Source of the DNA: Paramoeba atlantica
Lineage: Eukaryota; Protista; Discosea
NCBI GenBank assembly: GCA_977017575.1
Contig: CDRNVI010000177.1
Coordinates: 322,260-386,259 of the forward strand
Direction: 5' to 3'
Length of the DNA: 64,000 nt
Below the pieces are notes generated by a model, which did no database searches, was not told the origin of the DNA, and saw nothing but the letters and a program-made list of their open reading frames with translations. Positions within the stretch are counted from its first letter, which is position 1. Each line of letters begins with the position of its first letter. Both the position numbers and the translations under genes were made by a program. Shown here piece after piece: positions 53,683-64,000 of this stretch.

Positions 53683-56182
53683 AGGTTCCTTCCAGGGGGG
53701 CCTAATTAGTCTTTTTGGGCCTAATTAGGCTCCTGTTTGTTGGCCAAAATAAAGCACATTTTTGAACTTTTTTTTTTTTTTGACTTTCTTTTGTGTTTCT
53801 TTGAGGTTTTTTCTTGATTTTCATCACAATGCCTTTCTCAGAAAGTCTGAATGAAAAAAGTTACAGTGGTGAGAAAAATGAGTTCTGGATCAACTTCTCC
53901 AAGAATTGAAGAATTGAAGGAGGATACTATTTGGTTCTGCAAAGCTGTGAACCTTTGCCCTTCTCATCTTCTAAGGAAACATTTTGGTGACCAATATCAA
54001 GGAGCATCTCTCTCTTCACTCAGGGTGAAAAGGGTGGAACTTCAGAACTATGACAGGAAATCTCAGATGGTAGTTTTGCTTCATTCTCCTGTCTTCCAGA
54101 ATGATTACCTTCTGGCTCTCCCTGAAAATTTGAAGTTTGTTGGAGAAGCGGATGTCTCAGAGGGTTGTGGGACTTCAACTCATCCATCTTCATCTTCATC
54201 ATCCTCTTCTGGCTCAGGAGGATCAAGTTCTGGTTCATCCCAGGCATCAACAACCTCTGTGCCTGTTTTGGGCTCATCTGATACTGATGATGAAGATACT
54301 GAATCTTGCTCTGATATTGAGGAGGAAGGGGAAGACAATGCAGCAGAACTCGTTGAAAATGATCTTTCCTTTGTGTTTCTGAGTGGTCTTCCTCAACAAC
54401 TGATGCTTGTGCTGTGATAGGAGCACAAGACTTCAAGGCCTGTACAAGAATTCGCTTTGATGCTGTTTATGTCCCCACTCCCCTCGATATTTTTCTCCAA
54501 GTTCTACCTCTAACCTTTCTAAAAACTGATGTGCTGAAAGCAACAAATGAGTTTAACCATTCTTTGAACTTCACTGAAGCTGAAATGCTTGATTTTATTG
54601 CCTTGTGCCAGATTATGTCTTTCTACCCAGGACATAAAAGAAGGGATTTTTTTCGAATTTCAAAGGATTCAGCTGGATCTTCCTTGCATGGTACACTGCC
54701 TTATCTTAGGAAATATATCAGTAGAAATTGGTTTGATATGATTGTCTCCTCTCTTAAACTTGCTCCTCTCTCTGCAAAACCCTCTTACACAGACTGTATG
54801 TGGGAAATTCGACCCCTGATTGCTGCTTTTAATGAGAAGATGAAGACCATCTTTGTTCCAAGTTGACAGGTCTGTCTGGATGAGTCTATGGTGGTGTGGT
54901 TCTGTAAATGGGCTCCTGGTTGGATGTTTGTTCAGAGGGAACCTCATCCTTTTGGAAATGAATATCATACAATTGGTTGTGGGGAGACTAAAGTGATACT
55001 CTTTCTTGAAATTGTGGAAGGAAAGTCCCATCCTCCTGAAATGGGCCTGCCCAAGTTTCAACCTCCATCTGGTTCTGGAGCGAAAACTGTTGGTTTAATG
55101 CTTAGAATGACTGAGGGAATTTGGGGAACTGGTCGAGTAGTTGCTTTGGATAGTGGTTTTTGTGTGTTGGAAGGTTGTATTCAACTTCTTGGAGAAGGGA
55201 TTGTATTGTACTTCAGTTGTGAAGAAAAAATGATATTGGCCCAAAGGAATTCCAGGGAAAGAGATTGTTGCACACCTCAAGGAGAAGGAACCTGGTTATG
55301 TGTGAAAGTGAAGAAAGGATCTCTGAGAGGTTATAAATTCTATGTGGAGGCTTTCCAAGATGTTCATCACTCTTCTATAATGATTAATACCTGGGGAACT
55401 TCTTTTCCCACTGGTTGCCTACAAAATTGCAAGCTTGAAGGCCAAAGACTCTCCCTGTGATATACTCAGCCTCTTGACTTTTACTATCAAACCAGGCATT
55501 GTGTGGATGATCACAACCAACTGAGGCAAGGTTCTCTCTCCTTGGAGAGTTCCTGGAAGACCAAAAAATGGGTCCACAGGCAGTTTGCTTTCATTCTTGT
55601 AGTTGTGGAAGTCAATGCCTTCCTCATATTTCAGCACTTTTTCCCCCAAGCCAAAGAGCTCTCCTTTGCAGAATTTCGTTTTGAGGTTGCCCAAGGTCTA
55701 CTCTCTCAGAATCATCCCTTGGATGAAAGCTATAACCTGCGAATACCACTCCCAACTCATGTAGAACATCATCTGATGATCAAGCCCAACTTTGCTGGAG
55801 TTTGGTGAAATGGTAATTGGACTGAAGCCAGACAAGAGTACCAGAAGAGTAGATGCAATGGGACAAATTGTACAAAGAAAGTTCAAACCTATTGCTCCTG
55901 TGATCAAACACTCATTTTTTGTTCAGGTTGCTTTGCTGACCATATGAGCAGGCACATGACTGAGGACTAATTAGTCCTTTTGAAAAATGATGTTTTTTTT
56001 TTTTTAGTGACTCAATTTTTTTTTTCAAAAAACAATATTTGGACAAATATTTCTTGATATTCTTGTTTAAAAGATCTTTATTAAAAAGTTTATCAAAAAA
56101 AATCTCCCCTCCACCCACCAGTGGCTTCAAAAAAAGAGTCAAAAATAGAGGCCTAATTAGTCTTTTGGCCTGGAAGGAACCT
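53683..56182 (+). mobile_element. piggyBac (PGBD)-like DNA transposon, inactivated
   Basis: 14-bp TIR AGGTTCCTTCCAGG (53683-53696 and 56169-56182). Motifs CLDESM, REPHPFGNEYH, LDSGF, KK*YWP, VDDHN and a C-terminal Cys-rich domain ending TAA at 55968-55970. In-frame TGAs and frameshifts. Confidence 0.85.
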
Positions 56183-58491
56183 AATTTTCTGGAGAGTTTA
56201 ACAATTTTATTTGTTTTTTTTCTGGTTTTTCTGGTTTTTTCTTTTTTTCTGGTTTTTTCTTTTCTTTTGGAAGATGGTGAAACATTTTTCCCAGAGTCTC
56301 ACAGTTTTTGTGCTGTGTGGTTCACATATTTCAGATCAATCTTTCTCTTTGGTACAAAAAGGCTGGAGATGCTGCTGTTGGTGAAGTCTCCTCTTTGTCC
56401 TGTTCCTTTGCATACTTCTTGAGTACTTTCTCTGGCCTTCTTTTCCATTGTTTATCCTTCTTGATTATCCTTGGTTTTGGTCTCTTCCCCTTTTGGAGTA
56501 GAGTTTCTCAAGCCAACTCCAAAACCCCCCCCCTTATTTATCTTGATCTCAATCTTCCATCTTCTTTTCTTTCTGATTACAATCTGAACCAATTGGGCCA
56601 ATTCAACATTCAAATAGGTTCTTGGCTGCTTCCTCTTAACTGCCCAAAAGGTGGCTTGACAAAAGGTCTCAATATTCAGACCCCCCCTTGCATCCCCTGA
56701 GGATCTCAGTGACCCTTATCAAGGGGGGAAATATTCATCCTTTTGGCCAACTGAGCTGATTGGCATTACTAGTCTGCTCCTCTTGGGTTTATATTTCTTC
56801 ATCACTTTCTTTGAAATCTCCTTGAACCTCCTTATTTGATAATGTCCACCTCTCAAGATCCTTGGATTTCCTAAAGTTGGTGTTAGAGAATCATTTTCTT
56901 CTGTTCTTGTTGATAGGATTGAAGATTTCTCCTAAATCAAATTTCACTTTCTCATCCTTTCCATTCTCATGTGTCTCTCTCTCTCTTTTATTTCTTTCTC
57001 AAGTCCTAAATTCTCTTTCTCCATTTCTCCCTATTCCCCTCATTAATTCCACAAGCTGGTCTTCCACACCATGTTGCATGAATTTGATCATGGTGACTAC
57101 AATGATGAGGTACAAGAGTGCTTTTTAGGTGCAAAAAGTGCTCAGATTCTTCGATCAAGGGTATCTTTTGAGATATTGCATTCCTTCTGATGATGTGTGT
57201 GCTTTTTGTCCATCTTCTGTGTGCCCCATTTTGCCCCTCATCCACTCTTGTCTTACCCCTTCTTTCTTCTTTGCCTTCTTCTCCTTTGGTTTTTAATTTA
57301 CTTTAAAGATGTCAGATCATGCAAGATGAACTTGTGGACACAGGATTGGAAATTCAAAATTGATTATTCTTTGCTTCTATTTTTGATTCTGGTAATATTC
57401 CATTCAAGAGAAGATTTCTCATTTGTTTACAAAATGAATCAGCCATTTGTTCAATTCAGGTCTATTGCTTTGTTTCCTCTCCAATATCTCTGCTTGTCCT
57501 TACCCCTCTCCTTAGGAGTTTGTTCATCAGTTATTCAAACTAAGTCTTGCTCAGATAAAGCATTAATCTTTTGGGTGACTCTTTTGTGCCCTACATTTGG
57601 TTTTGGCATGGGTGTGTACACTCAACATTTTCCTCCATTCCAGATAAGGTCAGTGAGAGCATCACCACTCAAGTGGCCTGGTGTTTGAAACTGAAATTGA
57701 AAGTTGACCCATTGATGCATTAATAAATGTCTTATACAAAGTTGACCTATCAATTGCATACTCAGTGTTTTGGCCAATGCTGAAGCCTTGAGTGATGTGG
57801 GCTCTTGGAGTGTACACTGGAGAACAAGTTGACCCATGCAACACCTCAGACCCAAAATGATGACTGTTTGTTGAGGAAGCAAGTTGACTCATGTTTTCTG
57901 ATAATTCTTGTTTGGTTTGAGCAGGGGAGCAAAGTTTCAAAATAAATCTCTTTCCAGATCTCCAATGATGAGAGTGAAACTGTTATCTTGCTTATGATGA
58001 ACAGTAACAGTTGGATCATTTTTGTTTGTCCAATTTTCTTTTGAGTTCATTAAGGTCCTTACAATTCTCAATCATTTCATTGAGTTGTGTCAGCATTTGC
58101 TTCTTTGCTGCTTGGAGGTCAATTTCCTCTTCTCTTTTCCTTTTGGGTGGTGGAGGGGTTTGGTCAGATTGAGCAAACCACTGGACCAGGTTCATGCAAT
58201 TACTTGAGAACATTTCAAAAGCTATATGTTGCCATAAGTTGAGATGAGGGAGGACCAAGTGTTGTGTCTTTGGCCAATTCCTTTCACTTTCAAAAGTTTT
58301 CCAATGTTCAGCCAAAGACACTGAAGACTACTGTGATCAGTGTTTTCTTCATGAGCTTACATCAGGTTGCATTGACCCAGACAATAAAGAAGAAGAAGAA
58401 GAAGAACTTGAATCAGAGTTTCTTCAAACAATCAGTGTCAAGTCAAGATCACTGAGAATACATCCAGGAATGGGAGTCTCTAGTGAAAGAG

Positions 58492-58957
58492 TTTCTGTTT
58501 GGATCAATTGACAAAACAGGTTCTTTTTTTCCCTTTCACAACATCATCACCTTCAACTTCTATGCATAACCTTTTCTTTCAAATCAAACAATTTAATCAT
58601 CAAAAGAATAATAAACACACACTTTTTTTCCTTTTTCTTTTTCTTTTTTGTTCCATTTCTTCAACCTTTACCATCTTCATTCAACCAAAAAACAAACAAA
58701 TCAGAAAAGAGACCACAAGAGTGAACATATGGATATAACATCAGATTTTTTTTTAAAGGCTCAAAAGAAATATTTGAAGTCACTTCAATCCTAAAAACAC
58801 TATGATTGCAAGTGCAGCTTAAGCTCACTCTTATGTAAAGCATTAAACCAACAGTTTTCACTCCAAAACCTGATAGAGGTTGAAACTTGAACAAGCCCAT
58901 TTCAGGAATTTCAAGAGGATGGAACTTTCCCTTGACAATTTCAAGAAAAAATATCAC
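58492..58957 (-). mobile_element. Inverted partial copy of the 41.4-kb TIR element joined to a fragment of the piggyBac transposase
   Basis: 58492-58830 matches 41405-41752 in reverse. 58830-58957 encodes FLEIVKGK...KTVGLML, like ORF 54888. Confidence 0.8.
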
Positions 58958-58999
58958 TCTAGTCTCCCTTCAACCAATTATATGATGTTCATTTCCAAA

Positions 59000-61340
59000 A
59001 AAATATGGTTTCTTTCTGAACAAACATTCAACTAGAAGTCAATTTGTAGAACCATACCACTATACACTCATTCAAACAGACCTGACAGAGCTGTTAACTT
59101 GAAGCAAAGATGGTCTTCATCTTTTTGTTAAAAACAACATGTAATCATGGATGGGGTGATCTCTCATAATGATAATGTGGTTAAAAAAGCAATTAAGGAT
59201 TTTTGAGAGGGTTTTCTCAGCACAGAAAGACCATATAACAAAGATTCTCTTGATGAACTGATTGCTGACCACCAACCTCATTTCCCTCCAGTTGAGAAAC
59301 ATGATGTGAATAGGAAGAAAGTTGATAAACTACTTCAGAGAACCAACAACACCAGCACAGGACCTGATGGTATTCCCTTCTTTTTGTATAAGGCAACACA
59401 AGAGAAGTACTTTGATATGTGAGTAGAATTAATTCAACAAGCAGGTGAAATTATGAATTTTCAGGAGATCAATTAATGAAGCAGTAGAATCAGTATATAA
59501 CTCTTTTTACAAAGCTTTGGCAGAGGGAAAAGATGTGACTCTCCTCCAAACAGACTTTTGCAAGGCATATGATTATGTGAATTGTGATGCACTCCTTCAT
59601 ATTCTCAAAAGTTTGAATGCCCCCCTCAAGCAATCTATATTGTTGAGAAAGTCCTTTGTGAATATGTAACCTGGCTGCTAAATATTAGTGAATCCAAAAG
59701 GGCAGGCACCAAAGAATCAATCCAAAGCTGGACAGGAGTTAGACAAAGATGCCCAATCTCCCTTCTATTGTTTGTGATTGTGTTTGACATCCTCCTTGTG
59801 AGTTTGAAGAAGAAACACAACCTCCAAGATCTGTCAGGCTTTATGGATGATTTGGGGATAGTGCTTCAGAGAGTTGAAACCATCAATTCTCTCACTCCAA
59901 CCTTTAAGAAATATAAAGAAGCAACTAAAGCTAAACTGAACTTTAATAAGTGCTTTGTCCTCTCAACTGAGTCTTACAAACCAGTAGGCCCCTGGTCTGA
60001 GATGGCAAGACTCAATTACTGTGGTAATGAAACTGGGAGTGAGATTGAATAAATGGTTATCTTCTCTCAAAGATTGAGAGAAGGTGGTCCAAAAGATGAA
60101 GAAAGTTGGAACAGCAATTAAAAAGAGAGGTGGGAATTTTTACTCAAGAGTGAGGATGGTCAATATCTATCTAACTCCATGTATGGAATACTTAGTGAGA
60201 TTCAAGTTGATCCTAAAATCTATCACTTCTTTGATGTGGAAATCCATTTGCTCAGCCCTGGGTGCCTATGCCATCACTAAAACCTCTGTTCTTACTTTAT
60301 GCTATCCTCTTTGGACTCAAATCCTCAACTACATCACCCTATTGTTTTTAATTGAGCTCTTTTCACCTCTTGTCCACCAATGAAGAGCGATTATTAGAAT
60401 TCTTTCTCCATTGAAGCCATGTGGAAGGATGCTTTCATTGCAGCCCAAAGCCTTTCTTCCAAAGTTGTGTTTGGCCAGGCCACTTGTGTTACATATACCA
60501 ATATGTTTCAAATGATTTCAATTGAAATCAAAGACTTGTATGTGGGGAAAAGAAGAGCTGAGTATGTGGTGTACAACTTGGTTCATGCAATTAAACCTCA
60601 GTTTAAGAAGAATTTACTTAAATTCCTAATAAAAAAACTATCTACAAGAAACAAGTTGTCTCACTTCTCAAACCAAGATTCAAGTTGTTGCCTCTGCCAC
60701 TGAGAAAAAGAGTCATAATCTTATCTACTGGAAAAATGCTTTGTGGTTGAGGGTTTTCTTCAAGCAAGAGGAAGGAAATGTATTTTGCTGAAAGTACTCA
60801 ATTAGCAAGAAACTAAAAATGTATGTGGTCTTGTCTCAAAGTATCTTACTAGGCAAGAAACCTCTGTGGTGAGTGCTGCCTTGCTAAGTTTGTGGCTCAC
60901 AGTGTGTGCAGAAGAAACTAAATTAGTTTAGTTTACTATAAAAATTGTTAGAAAAATCCTGAGAAAGAATAAAATCCTTCTTTAGCCTCCAAGAACTCAA
61001 ATCAAAAAAGAACCTAAAAAGAAGAAAAACTTTAAATTCAAAAGCTTTTAAATGTTTTATAATGATTCAAGATATACAGGTCTTCATCTGGGGGGTGCAG
61101 ATTTTGCAGTTTTCAGGAAAGAGAGAAAAATATGTGGTGGGTTTGAAACCATTTCTCTTAGCTTTAACAATATTGGTGAATTTATAGACTACTTAAAAGG
61201 AATACAAAGTATTAGATCAATGATAAAAAAGATTGTGATTATTGAAGATTGTATAATTCTTACCAAGACAATGTTCAAAACCCATACTAGAAAAAATTAT
61301 ACTTTAAATGAATTACTTTGTGAAATTACAAGTTAAGGCT
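59000..61340 (+). mobile_element. Decayed L1/Tx1-like non-LTR retrotransposon with C-terminal RNase H
   Basis: STGPDGIP, TDFCKAYDYV, GVRQRCPIS, FMDD, KLNFNKC, CCLC zinc-knuckle remnant, then the RNase H-like ORF 61052-61336. Confidence 0.75.
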
Positions 61341-63229
61341 TGAAGATTTGCAACACTATAAGCAAAACAACTATTTAAAATAAGAAGAGTTTTGGTATTA
61401 TCTTTGAACTCTAAAAATCAACATCTTATAATTACTTTTAGAACAAAAATTTTATCAATTTAATAAGAAAATAACTTATTATTAATATTTGGTGATGAAA
61501 ATAATATTACATAATACTATTCATTTACTGAGAAATTATACATCACCTTTAAGTCTAAAACAAAGAATATTGTTTTGATAGTTGCAAAAATTGAAAGACT
61601 TCATCCAATAATACCAACTATAAGCATTAAAGTGATATAGAATTCATTTCAAGAGGAACAATATATATAGGAGCAATTATATATTAAAACAACTTTGAGT
61701 TTTTCAGTATCTTTTTTGCAATTAAAATCAGTTTCATTAATATTTATGATCAATTGAGAGTGAGCAGCATCAATCTTTTCTTACAATTTTTTTGTATTTT
61801 GTTTTAGCTTTTCCTCAAACAAACTGCACCTCTCTACCTCAAATGACTCTGAATCAATAAGAAAAAGTTGTTTTTCACTCTAAACAAAGAAATAAATTCA
61901 GGTGAAAAAGATTGCTTTTGAGAAAGTGGTATTAATCCAATCTTTGAAGGTGGTTTGGATCAATGAAACTTGGTTTCCATTACATTTTTACACATACTTA
62001 ACAATTTTATCAATTTGAGAAGGTTCAATCTTTGTAAAGTGTTTTTATATTTTTGATTTCACTCCAAAAAGCAGATTACCCTAGGTTTTGAAAAGTTTTC
62101 TATTTTGTTGTTAGTCAATTTGAAAAAAACAACTTATAGTTGTGAAAGTTTTTATTTATTCTTTTTCATTTGAATTATTAAAAATCAATTTTTCATAAAA
62201 ACAATAACATTACTTAATTAAAATTTAACAAAGAGTCAACTTTTCTCATTCAAAGGTTTCATAAAAAAGAATATATTCATGAACTAAAAGTTTTAAATTT
62301 TACAATGAAATTACTTTAACAAGAAAGATAAAAGATTTTTTTTTTTTTTAAAAAAGAAGATAATAAATTCTTGAAAATGAATTTAGGTGAAATGAAGCAA
62401 TTAAACAAAAACCAACAAAAATAAACAAAAAACTAAAATCAATTTCAGAAACAAAACTAATTTTCTTTATTTGGCTAAAAATAAAAATATTTTTCTCAAT
62501 TTGATTTTTATATTTTTGAAAAAAATAAGATTTTAAATATTCAAAAAAGAGAAAAAAATTTTTGATAAAAAAGAAAATAAAAAATAAATTAAATACATCA
62601 ATTCAAAACAATTAAGAAATTTGATTGAACCAACTTAAAAAATATCATAGATCTGAAATATAAGTTCTAAAAATATCAGAGAATCAGAAAATAAATTAAG
62701 GAATTGCATTCAATATGGAGACATAATTAAGAAATTGAAATTACAAAAAAATAATATGAAAAAAATGAAACAAAAAATAAATCAAATACATCAACCAAAA
62801 ACAATTAAGAAATTTTATTGAACCAACTTAAAAAATATCATAGATCTGAAATATAAGTTCTAAAAATATCACAGAATCAGAAAATAAATTAGGAAATTGC
62901 ATTCAATATGGAGACATAATTAAGAAATTGAAATTACAAAAAATTAATGTGAAAAAAAGAAAATAAAAAATAAATTAAATACATCAATTCAAAACAATTA
63001 AGAAATTTGATTGAACCAACTTAAAAAATATCATAGATCTGAAATATAAGTTCTAAAAATATCAGAGAATCAGAAAATAAATTAAGGAATTGCATTCAAT
63101 ATGGAGACATAATTAAGAAATTGAAATTACAAAAAAATAATATGAAAAAAATGAAACAAAAAATAAATCAAATACATCAACCAAAAACAATTAAGAAATT
63201 TTATTGAACCAACTTAAAAAATATCATAG
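60927..63229 (+). repeat. Segmental direct repeat, copy B
   Basis: Matches 1-2303. Confidence 0.97.
62570..63229. repeat. Truncated 386-bp satellite array (about 1.7 units) abutting the telomere
   Basis: Anchors at 62587 and 62973; the array ends mid-unit at ATATCATAG. Confidence 0.95.
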
Positions 63230-64000
63230 GGTTTAGGGTTTAGGGTTTAGGGTTTAGGGTTTAGGGTTTAGGGTTTAGGGTTTAGGGTTTAGGGTTTAGG
63301 GTTTAGGGTTTAGGGTTTAGGGTTTAGGGTTTAGGGTTTAGGGTTTAGGGTTTAGGGTTTAGGGTTTAGGGTTTAGGGTTTAGGGTTTAGGGTTTAGGGT
63401 TTAGGGTTTAGGGTTTAGGGTTTAGGGTTTAGGGTTTAGGGTTTAGGGTTTAGGGTTTAGGGTTTAGGGTTTAGGGTTTAGGGTTTAGGGTTTAGGGTTT
63501 AGGGTTTAGGGTTTAGGGTTTAGGGTTTAGGGTTTAGGGTTTAGGGTTTAGGGTTTAGGGTTTAGGGTTTAGGGTTTAGGGTTTAGGGTTTAGGGTTTAG
63601 GGTTTAGGGTTTAGGGTTTAGGGTTTAGGGTTTAGGGTTTAGGGTTTAGGGTTTAGGGTTTAGGGTTTAGGGTTTAGGGTTTAGGGTTTAGGGTTTAGGG
63701 TTTAGGGTTTAGGGTTTAGGGTTTAGGGTTTAGGGTTTAGGGTTTAGGGTTTAGGGTTTAGGGTTTAGGGTTTAGGGTTTAGGGTTTAGGGTTTAGGGTT
63801 TAGGGTTTAGGGTTTAGGGTTTAGGGTTTAGGGTTTAGGGTTTAGGGTTTAGGGTTTAGGGTTTAGGGTTTAGGGTTTAGGGTTTAGGGTTTAGGGTTTA
63901 GGGTTTAGGGTTTAGGGTTTAGGGTTTAGGGTTTAGGGTTTAGGGTTTAGGGTTTAGGGTTTAGGGTTTAGGGTTTAGGGTTTAGGGTTTAGGGTTTAGG
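63227..64000 (+). repeat. Telomere (TTTAGGG)n, about 110 repeats
   Basis: Uninterrupted 7-mer array to the window end, G-rich strand running toward the end. Confidence 0.99.

Noticed and set aside
53851-55970. TGA reassigned to Arg or Trp (alternative genetic code)
   Set aside because: TGA terminates the intact insert gene (33054-33056), intact genes use CGA for Arg, the TGAs cluster in frameshifted TE relics, and the mirror change CGA to CAA is also seen.
56250-58450. Decayed minus-strand coding remnant with TGA stops
   Set aside because: It looks like a CpG-depleted relic, but no recognisable motif was found, so no feature was called.

Overview
Eukaryotic (protist-like; taxon not determinable by eye) chromosome end, finishing in about 110 perfect TTTAGGG repeats. 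It holds one 18S-5.8S-28S rDNA unit transcribed toward the telomere, a 5S gene, five tRNA loci (three visibly CpG-decayed), a three-unit polyubiquitin gene, a PB1/coiled-coil gene and an LRR pseudogene. Many mobile-element relics are present: CRE-like and L1-like non-LTR retroelements, piggyBac, pogo-like, a DDE/CxxH transposase, Crypton-like fragments and a CACTA MITE. The main finding is a 5,365-bp insertion in 28S helix 89 flanked by a 6-bp target duplication (TCGAAG). It has no recognisable TIRs, RT, transposase or group I core. On its antisense strand it carries an intact nine-exon GT-AG gene (756 aa) with GIY-YIG-like motifs and a Cys/His-rich C-terminus, plus a minisatellite and a 19-bp motif also found just downstream of the 28S. 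Positions 1-2303 recur at 60927-63229, differing almost only by transitions, and the distal copy is capped by telomere repeats added at a TAG inside a 386-bp satellite. All alignments and translations were done by eye; family assignments rest on motif recognition, not database searches.
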